A stretch of 64,000 bases of DNA from Candidatus Woesearchaeota archaeon (lineage in GTDB: Archaea > Nanobdellota > Nanobdellia > Woesearchaeales > 21-14-0-10-32-9), in the NCBI GenBank assembly GCA_047602735.1, contig JBLKOK010000001.1, forward strand, positions 14,261 to 78,260, written 5' to 3'. The notes under the pieces were generated by a model that had not been told where the DNA came from, ran no database searches, and was given only the letters and a program-made list of their open reading frames with translations. Shown here in pieces: positions 26,867 to 36,384 of the stretch. Position 1 is the first letter of the stretch; every line of letters begins with the position of its first letter. Position numbers and translations under genes: made by a program.

Positions 26867-28918
26867 ATGAGACTTGTAAGCCTTTTTTTAAAAAATATAA
26901 GAAGCTACAAGGAATTAGAACTTAATTTTAGAGAAGGAATAACGCTTCTAACAGGAGATATAGGAAGCGGAAAGACAACTATTCTTTTAAGCATAGAATT
27001 TGCTCTTTTGGGACTACACACAGATATAACAGGAACAACGCTTCTAAGACACGGAGAAAGTCAAGGAGAGATAAGGCTAACACTTCAAATAAACGAAGAA
27101 CAAATAACTATTTGTAGAAAGCTTAAAAGATCAAATTCAGGAGTAAAACAAGAAGCAGGATACATAGAGACTGGTAAAGGAAGGTTAGATCTTACTGCAA
27201 GAGAGATAAAAACAAAAGTTATAGAACTTTTAGGTTATCCAAAAGAACTTGCAGAAAAAAATAAAGACGTTATTTTTAGATACACAATTTATACTCCTCA
27301 AGAAGAAATGAAGAGTATCTTATACGAAAAATCAGAAGATAGAATTGAGAAGATAAGAAAAATATTTGGAATAGATAAGTATAAGCTAATAAAAGAAAAT
27401 ACAGTGAGTATTGCTAGAGAGATCAGATCAAATAATAAGTACTTGGAAGCGAAGATAGAAGAAGAACCAAAGTTAAAACAAGAAATTACGAGTATAAAAG
27501 AAGAGATTGATGATTATAAAAAAGAACTAGAGCAAGTCATAAAAGAAACATCTAAATTAAAAGAATTAGAAAAAAAACAAAAAGAAGAATTAGAAAAACA
27601 AGAGGAACAGCAAAGAATTATACAACAAAAAATTGCTCAAAAAAAATTATTAGAATCACAACTAGAAAACGAAATAGAAAAACAAGAACTCACCAAGAAA
27701 AGAATTAAAAGACTTGAAGAAGAGATAAAAAAAGAGATAAAAAAACCAGAAGAAATAGATAAGAAAAATTATGAACAATTAATTAAAGAGTTGGATGAAA
27801 AATTAGAAGTTGTAAGCTTAAAAAAACAAAAGGCCAAAGAACAAATAGCTATATTTGAGTCAGAATCAAAGAATGCTAAGAATCGTTTAGATAACATAGA
27901 AGAGTTAGATATGTGTACTCTTTGTCAGCAACCAATAAATGAAACTCATAAAGTACACGTAGAGAAAAAAGAGAATAAAATAATAAAAGATAACAAAGAA
28001 AAAATTAGTAAGTACGAAGAATATGTTTTGAAAGCAAAAAAAATAGAAGATAAATATAAGCTAGAAAAAGACGAGTTGTATAAAAAACAACTAAAACAAA
28101 AAGAATTAGTTTACTTAAATAAGAGGTTTGAAGAAAAATTAAAAGAAAGAGATAAGTTAAAACAAGAAGTAGAAGAACTTAAAAAAGAATCTCACGATAA
28201 AAAAATTAAAGAAATACAGGAAAAAATAAGCCTGATAAAAATTAAAGAAGAAACTACGGAATTTAAAGAGGCTAAACAAAAGTATGACTTTGTGCTAAAT
28301 GAATTAAGAGAAGTTGAGAGAAAAAAACAAAAATATGAGCTTAAAATAGAATATGAGAATAAGAGCTTATCAGAAAAGAAAACAAAGATTGAAGATATAA
28401 AAGTTATAAGACAAAAAATAGCCGAAAACAAAGTAACTGAGAACTGGCTAGATAAACAATTCTTACCATTAATAGATAACATAGAAAAACACGTTTTGAA
28501 TAGTGTTTATAACGAGTTTAATGAAAGATTTAAGACTTGGTTTGAGATATTGCTAGAACAAGAAACAATAACTTCCGAATTAGACGAAGACTTTGCTCCA
28601 AAAATAAACCAAAACGGATTTGATACAGATATAACAAATCTTAGCGGAGGAGAAAAAACAGCAACAGCACTAGCATACAGGCTTGCATTAAACAAAACTA
28701 TTAATGATTATGTTAGCGATATTAACACAAAGGACTTAATAATCTTAGATGAGCCAACAGACGGATTTAGCAGTGATCAACTAGATAAACTAAGAGACGT
28801 CATAGAACAACTAAATAATAAACAAACAATAATTGTAAGTCACGAAGCCAAACTAGAAAGTATGGCAGAACACATAATACAACTTAGAAAACACGAACAC
28901 GAATCAGAGGTCGTATAA
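26867..28918 (+). CDS. rad50: Rad50-type SMC-like ATPase (short coiled coil, zinc hook)
   Basis: Walker A GDIGSGKTT, CxxC hook CTLCQQP in the middle of the coiled coil, signature LSGGEKTA, Walker B LIILDEPTDG, and H-loop VSHE. Confidence 0.8.
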   Translation: MRLVSLFLKNIRSYKELELNFREGITLLTGDIGSGKTTILLSIEFALLGLHTDITGTTLLRHGESQGEIRLTLQINEEQITICRKLKRSNSGVKQEAGYIETGKGRLDLTAREIKTKVIELLGYPKELAEKNKDVIFRYTIYTPQEEMKSILYEKSEDRIEKIRKIFGIDKYKLIKENTVSIAREIRSNNKYLEAKIEEEPKLKQEITSIKEEIDDYKKELEQVIKETSKLKELEKKQKEELEKQEEQQRIIQQKIAQKKLLESQLENEIEKQELTKKRIKRLEEEIKKEIKKPEEIDKKNYEQLIKELDEKLEVVSLKKQKAKEQIAIFESESKNAKNRLDNIEELDMCTLCQQPINETHKVHVEKKENKIIKDNKEKISKYEEYVLKAKKIEDKYKLEKDELYKKQLKQKELVYLNKRFEEKLKERDKLKQEVEELKKESHDKKIKEIQEKISLIKIKEETTEFKEAKQKYDFVLNELREVERKKQKYELKIEYENKSLSEKKTKIEDIKVIRQKIAENKVTENWLDKQFLPLIDNIEKHVLNSVYNEFNERFKTWFEILLEQETITSELDEDFAPKINQNGFDTDITNLSGGEKTATALAYRLALNKTINDYVSDINTKDLIILDEPTDGFSSDQLDKLRDVIEQLNNKQTIIVSHEAKLESMAEHIIQLRKHEHESEVV

Positions 28919-30394
28919 CTTCTTATACTTGTCATTTAGGTAATTAACATAATCTTTTGGAGTTAAACCACTACCACAAGCATATTCTATTAAGTCTTCA
29001 GGCAAAAGTGTTGCCCCATGACTATGAATGTTGTGCTTTAGCCAAGTTCTAATAAAAGAGAAATCTTTATTTTTTATTTCTTCTTGTAAGTTAGAATTCT
29101 TCTTTTTAATCGTGTTAAAAATAGTTGCTGAATAAATACTTCCAATTAAATAAGTAGGAAAATAACCAATGTAACCTGAACTCCAATGAACATCTTGTAA
29201 AACCCCTAAGGAGTCATTTGGAACATCTAAGCCTAAGTATTCTTTGTATTTATTATTCCAAGCTTTTTGTAAATCCTTAACCTCTAATTTTTGATTCATC
29301 AAATCACGTTCTAACTCATACCTTATAATTATGTGAAGCCCATAAGTTAACTCATCAGCTTCAACCCTTATAAGATTAGGCTTTACTTTGTTTAAATGTA
29401 AAAAGAAATCCTCTTTAGATAGATCTAAACCAGTTTGATCTTTGTATTCTTCATAAAAACCATTCCAGAAATCTTCACTTTTAAAAACTTGATTCTCCCA
29501 AAGCCTAGACTGTGATTCATGAACTCCTAAACCAGCAGCATGAGCTAAAAAAGTTCCTTTAATATTTTTTCCAAAATTTAACTCATATAATGCATGACCC
29601 GACTCATGAGCTGTGCTTGTAAAAGAGCTTAAAGGATTATCTTCTAACACCTTAGTTGTTATCCTAACATCACTTGGACTAATAGTAGTTGTGAAAGGAT
29701 GTATACTTTGAGCAAAAGCCCAATTTTGCTTTTTTTCTAAAACTAGCTCAGCTATTTTTTTGTTAATAGCCATTTGGTTTTCAAAAGAAACATTTTTTAG
29801 AACTGTTTCTTTATTGTAATTTTTAGATTTCTTTATTTTTTCAAGTAAACTAATTATTTCTTTTTTTAGAGGAATAAATACTTCGTCAACCTTTTTAGTG
29901 GTTAACTCCTTTTCATAATCATACATTAATACATCATAAGGATTTTTTGTACTATCAATCAACTTAGCTTTTTGTCTTGACATTTCAACAATTTTTTCCA
30001 AGTAAGGTTTGAATAGCTCAAAATCATTTTTTTGTTTAGCTTCTTCCCAAACCATGTGAGCATTACTAGTCAGCCTTGAAAATTCTTCAACGAACTCTTC
30101 AGGTAACTTTCTTATTCTTTTTACTTCTTTTAAGAACTTATCAACATAAGCCTTGTTTAAAATACTAAGTTTTCTGTAAGACTTTTTTTCTTTTAATGCC
30201 TGCAAAGTTTCAAATAACTCATCACCAGTCATTAATTTATGTATCTCAACACTTAAAAGAGCTATTTGTTCAGCTCTTTCCTTAGCAGCTTTTTTAGGCA
30301 TTAATGTTTGTTGGTCAAAAGATAAAAGGCTTACAATCCCTTTTAAGTTTAATATTTTAGAATCAATTTGCTTTAGTTTTTTTATATCTGTCAT
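28904..30394 (-). CDS. M32 carboxypeptidase (Taq-type metallocarboxypeptidase)
   Basis: HESGHALYE (HExxH), GVHESQSRLWEN and DVHWS motifs. Confidence 0.85.
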   Translation of the reverse strand: MTDIKKLKQIDSKILNLKGIVSLLSFDQQTLMPKKAAKERAEQIALLSVEIHKLMTGDELFETLQALKEKKSYRKLSILNKAYVDKFLKEVKRIRKLPEEFVEEFSRLTSNAHMVWEEAKQKNDFELFKPYLEKIVEMSRQKAKLIDSTKNPYDVLMYDYEKELTTKKVDEVFIPLKKEIISLLEKIKKSKNYNKETVLKNVSFENQMAINKKIAELVLEKKQNWAFAQSIHPFTTTISPSDVRITTKVLEDNPLSSFTSTAHESGHALYELNFGKNIKGTFLAHAAGLGVHESQSRLWENQVFKSEDFWNGFYEEYKDQTGLDLSKEDFFLHLNKVKPNLIRVEADELTYGLHIIIRYELERDLMNQKLEVKDLQKAWNNKYKEYLGLDVPNDSLGVLQDVHWSSGYIGYFPTYLIGSIYSATIFNTIKKKNSNLQEEIKNKDFSFIRTWLKHNIHSHGATLLPEDLIEYACGSGLTPKDYVNYLNDKYKKLYDL

Positions 30395-30475
30395 ATTATA
30401 ATATTAATAGAGCTTATTTTATAAATGTTAGTTATTACCGAAATAATTAATTTCCATATAGAAAATAAATATTTG

Positions 30476-30494
30476 TTTCGGAAAACATCCGAAA
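30476..30494. promoter_or_regulatory. Inverted repeat TTTCGGA-AAACA-TCCGAAA in the divergent promoter region between the M32 peptidase and ABC transporter genes
   Basis: Read directly from the sequence. Also a direct repeat CCGAAATAAT at 30438..30447 and 30489..30498. Confidence 0.45.
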
Positions 30495-30539
30495 TAATAT
30501 GGATTAATTTTAAAAAGACAACTTTTTTCTTATAAAAAA

Positions 30540-32279
30540 ATGGAAGAAAGCAGTATAAAGTCTTTTATAAAAACAATAATAAAACTACTGCCAGACTTCA
30601 AGAAATTATTCATATTCTTCTTAATATTTACAATAATATACGAAGCAATAAAATTTATCCCACCATACTTAGTAAAACTAATAATAGATAACTTAATAGA
30701 AAGTCCAGATCAAAACTACTTATTTTTACTCGTAGGACTTATACTTTTAACATTAGTAATAATGACTGTTATGCACGTATTTGTTTTGACAAGAGTTGTA
30801 AAAGGAGCAACAACGCAACAAAAAAGCTTACTTTATAGAAGCTTCAAAAAACTTCTAAGACTACCTTTAAACTGGCACGAAAAACAAAATACAGGAAGTT
30901 TGATTAGTAAATTACAAAAAGCATCAAAATATGTACAAGAGCTAGTCTGGTTTGTAAATAACGATATACTCCCGAGCATAGTACAACTAGTGCTTACAGG
31001 AGCAATATTGTTTTGGGTGGACTGGAGGTTAGGACTTATATTCTTAATTTTCACACCGATAATACTCTACACTGTAGATAGACAATTTAGAAAAGTGCAG
31101 CCATTAAGAGAGTCTTATCATCAAGCATACGAGAGTGCAACAAATACTTTTGCGCAAAGTCTTTACAATATTAAAACAGTAAAAGATTATGTTCAAGAAG
31201 AAAAAGAAGAAAGAGAACACTTAAAAGACTTAGAGAGATATCAAGAGAGCGTATATAAAAGAATAGATTATGAATTCTGGCAAATCTCATTTAGGGATAC
31301 ACTCACAAATATAGTTAGAGCAATTACTATGGCAATTTCCATAAAGTTAGTGTTAGATGGAGTTATAACCCCTGGAGATCTAGTGTTTGTATTTACAATA
31401 GTAGAAAAAGCATATATTAACTTACATAGACTAGGAAGAGTATATTCATTTATGGGAGACACATATGAATCATTGAATAGAGCAAAGAAGATACAAGAAA
31501 CAGAAAATGAGTTGCTTGATAACGGAAATAAAAAACCAAAACAACCAATAATTAAATTTGAAGATGTTAGTTTTTCATATGGAAACGAGGCAGTAATAAA
31601 TAAAATAAGCTTGTTAATTCCAAATAATAAAACAACTGCCTTGGTAGGCCCTAGTGGATCTGGAAAAACAACTATTGTTAAATTAATAATGAGGCACTAC
31701 GATGTAGACTCAGGAAGTATTAAGATAGACGGACTAGATATACGAGATGTTTCTTTAAATGAACTTAGAAGAAACATAGCATTTGTAAGTCAACATACAG
31801 AGATGTTTGATAGAACAATAAAAGAAAACATAGGATATAGTAAGAAAAAAGCAAATAAGCGTGAAATAATAGCTGCTGCAAAGAAAGCAAATGCACATAA
31901 ATTCATAATGAGTTTTAAAGACGGATATGATACAATTGTAGGTGAGAGAGGTGTGCGCTTGTCAGGAGGTCAACAGCAACGTATAAGTATTGCTAGAGCA
32001 CTTTTAAGTAATGCAAAAATAATTGTGTTTGATGAAGCAACAAGCAGCCTTGATTCGGAGAGTGAAAAAGAAATTCAATCTGCTCTTTTAAAAATAAAGA
32101 ATAAGACAGTTATTATAATTGCACATAGATTCTCAACGATAGAACATTCAGATAATATTATTGTGTTAAAAGATGGAAAAGTAGTAGAGCAAGGAAGTCA
32201 CGAAAACTTAAGTAAGAAGAAAGGAGGACTCTATAAAAAGATGAGAGAACTTCAAAAACTAGGAGAGATAAGAGATTAA
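30540..32279 (+). CDS. ABC transporter, fused permease/ATPase (MsbA/exporter type)
   Basis: N-terminal six-TM region, Walker A GPSGSGKTT, signature LSGGQQQR, and Walker B IIVFDEATS. Confidence 0.9.
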   Translation: MEESSIKSFIKTIIKLLPDFKKLFIFFLIFTIIYEAIKFIPPYLVKLIIDNLIESPDQNYLFLLVGLILLTLVIMTVMHVFVLTRVVKGATTQQKSLLYRSFKKLLRLPLNWHEKQNTGSLISKLQKASKYVQELVWFVNNDILPSIVQLVLTGAILFWVDWRLGLIFLIFTPIILYTVDRQFRKVQPLRESYHQAYESATNTFAQSLYNIKTVKDYVQEEKEEREHLKDLERYQESVYKRIDYEFWQISFRDTLTNIVRAITMAISIKLVLDGVITPGDLVFVFTIVEKAYINLHRLGRVYSFMGDTYESLNRAKKIQETENELLDNGNKKPKQPIIKFEDVSFSYGNEAVINKISLLIPNNKTTALVGPSGSGKTTIVKLIMRHYDVDSGSIKIDGLDIRDVSLNELRRNIAFVSQHTEMFDRTIKENIGYSKKKANKREIIAAAKKANAHKFIMSFKDGYDTIVGERGVRLSGGQQQRISIARALLSNAKIIVFDEATSSLDSESEKEIQSALLKIKNKTVIIIAHRFSTIEHSDNIIVLKDGKVVEQGSHENLSKKKGGLYKKMRELQKLGEIRD

Positions 32280-32876
32280 ATCATCTAAGAAATCTTTATC
32301 ATCATCTAAAAACCTGAGATTATACGCCCTTTTACCAATATGACCTTCAGGGAGTAAATCGTTTATTTCCTTGTAAGAATAAGGAGGATTTTTATGATCT
32401 ACAACTAATTCATTATAAGATAGCCAAAGAACTTGTTTGTATAACTCTTGCTTAGAATGTTTTCCCTCGATGAACGCAGGTAAAAAAACTTCTTTTAAAA
32501 ATTTTTTATGATCTTTATATGTATCTTCAAAGCTTTTACTTGGAAAGTTTTTATGTAAAACAGAAGTTCCTTGTAATAACTTGTAATGTTTTACTAAGTT
32601 CATAAAAGTTTTAGGGCTTTGAGAATCACCTATTTTTTTTCCAGATTTTAATTCATCTAAAGAATAACCAGATATAGATACAGGTCCTAATACTTCATGT
32701 CCTTTTATTTTATTAAAAGTCGGTCTTAGAGATTCTTTAAATATTACAACTAAGTCAATATCGCTTTTAGGAAGCATTTCTTTCATAAGATATGAACCTT
32801 TTAAATAAATAGCAAAAACTCCTTCACCTAAGTGCTCATTTATGTATTCTATGGCATTATCAATAAAATGTTGCAT
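32259..32876 (-). CDS. Nucleotidyltransferase-domain protein (ANT/KNTase-like)
   Basis: GS...DxD pattern: KGSYLMKEMLPKSDIDLVVIF. Confidence 0.55.
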   Translation of the reverse strand: MQHFIDNAIEYINEHLGEGVFAIYLKGSYLMKEMLPKSDIDLVVIFKESLRPTFNKIKGHEVLGPVSISGYSLDELKSGKKIGDSQSPKTFMNLVKHYKLLQGTSVLHKNFPSKSFEDTYKDHKKFLKEVFLPAFIEGKHSKQELYKQVLWLSYNELVVDHKNPPYSYKEINDLLPEGHIGKRAYNLRFLDDDKDFLDDLISYLS

Positions 32877-32885
32877 TATATCTTA

Positions 32886-33575
32886 TTATTTTTGAATAAT
32901 ATAAATATTGTCTAATAAATCAGGCTTTAAGTTCAATATATCTATGACTTTGAAAGTGTCTGATAAATGTATTAAGAAACAATCATAAACCTCAATACCA
33001 TATTCTTCTTTTAAAATAAGACTGTAAAAAGATAGCTGCATTGAGTAGAGATAAAATTTGTTGTTTGGAAATTCACTAAAAGGATGTTTTGCCATTTCAA
33101 AAACTTCCTTTTTATCTATGTTTTTTTTATTTGTTTTCCAATCAAAAATAAGTATGTTACCTTTACTATCTTTTACTAATAAATCAATTGTTCCTGCAAC
33201 TTTAAACTTTGATGAAAATACTCTTATCTCAGAAGCAAGTATTTCATAGTTATTCTCTTTTAAAAAATCAATTGCAGGTTTAATCTTAATTAATTCATCA
33301 GAAGATAATTCTTTGTTTTTTAAATACCCATCAATTAAGTCATGAACTAATGAACCATTGTCTTTTACTTCATCCCAAGATCTTAATATTTCTTTTTTTG
33401 AGACTGAGTTTCTTTTAGCAAGTTCATCTGCTATTTTTTCTCTTTCAAAAGGAAAATATTTAGAGAGAGTTTTTGTGACACTCTTAAACTCAACTCCGTT
33501 AACAAAGTATTTATGATGTTTAGCATCGAATGATAAATTATTTTTTTTATTATGAGTTTTTATTTTGTTAATCAT
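32886..33575 (-). CDS. PD-(D/E)XK nuclease (RecB/Cas4-like exonuclease fold, no Cys cluster)
   Basis: HHKYFVNGVEFKSVTKTL N-terminal pattern, GTIDLL (D), IFDWKT (D-x-K) and QLSFY. Shares a 4-nt overlap with the ligase gene. Confidence 0.55.
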   Translation of the reverse strand: MINKIKTHNKKNNLSFDAKHHKYFVNGVEFKSVTKTLSKYFPFEREKIADELAKRNSVSKKEILRSWDEVKDNGSLVHDLIDGYLKNKELSSDELIKIKPAIDFLKENNYEILASEIRVFSSKFKVAGTIDLLVKDSKGNILIFDWKTNKKNIDKKEVFEMAKHPFSEFPNNKFYLYSMQLSFYSLILKEEYGIEVYDCFLIHLSDTFKVIDILNLKPDLLDNIYIIQK

Positions 33576-35299
33576 TGTGAACTGAAAGCTTCCTCAATTT
33601 CAGATAAAAAAGCTATTTCTTCTAAAGGTTTATCTTCACGCAAAGCAATTATTCTTGGAAATCTTAGGGCAAACCCAGAATTGTAACTTGGACTTTTTTG
33701 TATTTCTTCAAATCTTATACTTACAACAATGCTTGGAGTTACTTCTACTTCTCTTCCTGCTTGTTTTGTAATGATTGGTTTTAATAAGTTAGTTAGTTCT
33801 TCAAAAGATAATCCTTCTTCTTTTTTTTCTTTAAGACCAGTACCTACTTTTCCAATTTCTAAAACCTCTCCGTCATCATAACACCCAACTGTGAATGATG
33901 TTAGCCACCCACTTCTTTTTCCTGTTCCCCATTCTGCCTTAACTATTACGAGGTCAAGTTCATCCATGTGAGGTTTTATTTTAACCATACTTCCAACTCT
34001 AGAACCTGGCTTGTATGGGCTGTCTAAGCTTTTTGCCATGAGGCCTTCGTTACCTAAAGATATTGATTCGTCAAAGAATCTTGCAGCAACCTCGTCTTCA
34101 TCAGTTACTATTTGTTTTATTAAGATTATTTTTTTAGGCTCTTGAACTATTATTTTTTCTAATTCTTCTCTTCTTTTAACAAAAGGTTTTTCTAAGTATT
34201 CCTCGCCATTTAAGTAAAGTAAGTCAAACACGTTTATTTCAACAGGTAATTGTTTTACTAATTTTTCAACGTCGTACTTTCTTTTTATTCTTTGACTTAT
34301 GTTTTGAAAAGGAGTGTATTTTAGAGTTTTAGGATTGTATCCTGCAGCTTCACAATCTATTATGAAAGAGTCCGCTTTAACATGTTCTTTTATGCATTTA
34401 ACTACGTCAGGAAACTGAGCTGTTACTTCTTCAAGTCTTCTTGTAAAAATTCTTATAGTATCATCTTGCTTTTGTATTTGCATCCTAAACCCATCCATTT
34501 TGTATTCAAAAGCAGCAGGTCTTCCAACATCATCAAACGAGTCTTTTAGAGAAGATCTTTGTGCAAGCATAACTTTTATAGGCTTACCAATAGTTATTTT
34601 GAGCTCTTTTAATTTATGTATTCCTTGCTTTGATAGTTTAGCAATTAAAGAATAATCATTTGTTTTATTTATAGCAGATTGTAATACTTCTATTATTTCA
34701 TTATACTTTTCTCTATCAGGATTTATAGAATCTGTTTCATCATCATAATTTGGATTAGTTAAATAAGTCCAAGCAATAGCATCTCTTAGAGTTCCTTCAG
34801 CCACTCCAACTCTTAAGTCTTGAAGCACAGTTCTTATTATGTATTTTGCTTCTATAGCAGATGCACTACTTAAAAGATTTGAAACAAGTTTAACTTTTTG
34901 ATCAGTACTACCAATACCTTCAGTTAAAGCCAATTTTCTAAGTGTTAAAAAAACTTTTTGTATAGAAAGAGTTTCTTGGAATAGTGTGTTTTGTTTTTTT
35001 GATTTGAATAATTCCTGAGTTACAACTCCTAAGTCTCCAACTTCTCTCCATTTGTCTTCCAATTCTTTTACGTTAAACCCAGTTACTATACTTATAGATT
35101 TCAATATGAGTCTATTTGACATTCCAAGTTCAGAAGAATTAGACATCGGAAATACCTGCCCTTTTAGAAGTAATACTACTTTTTCTATGTCTTCATCAGA
35201 TACATTTTTTATTAAATCAGATATAATCTTTGTTTTTTTTAATCTTTTAGTGTTTAATTCTAATTCTTGATAAGCATTTGCTAGAACTTTATACTCCAT
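33572..35299 (-). CDS. lig: ATP-dependent DNA ligase
   Basis: Adenylation motif EYKMDGFR (KxDG), EGLMAK, and an OB-domain C-terminus RFPRIIALREDK. Confidence 0.92.
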   Translation of the reverse strand: MEYKVLANAYQELELNTKRLKKTKIISDLIKNVSDEDIEKVVLLLKGQVFPMSNSSELGMSNRLILKSISIVTGFNVKELEDKWREVGDLGVVTQELFKSKKQNTLFQETLSIQKVFLTLRKLALTEGIGSTDQKVKLVSNLLSSASAIEAKYIIRTVLQDLRVGVAEGTLRDAIAWTYLTNPNYDDETDSINPDREKYNEIIEVLQSAINKTNDYSLIAKLSKQGIHKLKELKITIGKPIKVMLAQRSSLKDSFDDVGRPAAFEYKMDGFRMQIQKQDDTIRIFTRRLEEVTAQFPDVVKCIKEHVKADSFIIDCEAAGYNPKTLKYTPFQNISQRIKRKYDVEKLVKQLPVEINVFDLLYLNGEEYLEKPFVKRREELEKIIVQEPKKIILIKQIVTDEDEVAARFFDESISLGNEGLMAKSLDSPYKPGSRVGSMVKIKPHMDELDLVIVKAEWGTGKRSGWLTSFTVGCYDDGEVLEIGKVGTGLKEKKEEGLSFEELTNLLKPIITKQAGREVEVTPSIVVSIRFEEIQKSPSYNSGFALRFPRIIALREDKPLEEIAFLSEIEEAFSSQ

Positions 35300-35337
35300 A
35301 ATACTCGTATTATAATTACTAATTTAAATGCTTTGAT

Positions 35338-36318
35338 TTAATAATTAATTAAAGGCCCGTCCCTTTGTTTGTTTCTCAAAGAATTATCTACTCCAAATGT
35401 TTTTATTAGTCTTGATAGTAAAATGCTTTTTTCAGCTCTGTATAAATGTCTGTAATTATCTGATGTTTCATCATATACTAATAAGTTATTATTTAATTTA
35501 TCATGAAACTTTTTTGCTTCTTTTGAAAAAGTTAAAAATGGAGATGAGCGAGTAGGAATAAGAGTTGTTTTAGCAAAATGATTACATACAGCTAAGTAAG
35601 CTGCAACTTCGTGAAAATCAGTCATATAAACATCTTTTATATCAGTAAATGGAAATCTTAATTCATCATAGTTAGTGATTTCAGGATTGTTTGAAATGAA
35701 ATCTGTTTTTAAACTAAATGGTAAGTGCTTGTGAGCTTTCTTTGATATTGGTATTTTTGAGAAATTTATTGTGTATCTTGATTTGTTTTTTGTTGTACTT
35801 GGAACTTTTACTATTACAGAAGCACCATTTTTATCTGTATTGACTAAAGAGTATTCTTTTACTACGTGTATTCCTTGTGTTTTTTTAAATTCTTCCTCAC
35901 TAAATTTGGATTTTAATAATTGACTATACTTAAATAAGTCTATGCCTTCAAGTAAGGTGTTAAAAGAAGTTAGTCTAGGGGTTTTGTCTTTTCCTTTAAT
36001 AGGAGTTATTTTGTATCCTAACCAAAATATTTCATCTTCATCTAACTTGGATAATTCATTTAGCTTATTAGTTATTAGCTCTAAAGGTAATTCATCTTTT
36101 GGTTTGTCTAAAGGTAAATAAAAACCATATTTATATGATTGACTTGGAGAGTTGTTTACTAAAGGAGGAATTATTAAAGAATTTAGTTCTTCGTCTAAAT
36201 CAAGTATTTTTTTAACAAGACCTTGTTTTGGGAATTGTAAATACTTAGATTTTATTTGAGCTACAGATTCGTTTTTAAAATAGTTTTTTTTACCCATATT
36301 TTCTTTAATAACCAACAC
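35338..36318 (-). CDS. Hypothetical protein
   Basis: 326-aa ORF with no motif recognised. Confidence 0.4.
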   Translation of the reverse strand: MLVIKENMGKKNYFKNESVAQIKSKYLQFPKQGLVKKILDLDEELNSLIIPPLVNNSPSQSYKYGFYLPLDKPKDELPLELITNKLNELSKLDEDEIFWLGYKITPIKGKDKTPRLTSFNTLLEGIDLFKYSQLLKSKFSEEEFKKTQGIHVVKEYSLVNTDKNGASVIVKVPSTTKNKSRYTINFSKIPISKKAHKHLPFSLKTDFISNNPEITNYDELRFPFTDIKDVYMTDFHEVAAYLAVCNHFAKTTLIPTRSSPFLTFSKEAKKFHDKLNNNLLVYDETSDNYRHLYRAEKSILLSRLIKTFGVDNSLRNKQRDGPLINY

Positions 36319-36384
36319 ACAAATATAAATGTTTTTACTTATAAGTGAATAATATTTATAAATAGATGTGTTTTCTTAATTTTT

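Noticed and set aside
24208-28918. UvrD-like helicase plus SMC/ABC-type ATPase read as a Gabija- or Lamassu-like defence pair
   Set aside because: The ATPase has a Rad50 zinc hook and no TOPRIM or nuclease domain. The two genes are separated by an opposite-strand tRNA gene and a separate promoter region. The helicase carries RecQ-type DNA-repair accessory domains. A housekeeping repair role is more parsimonious.
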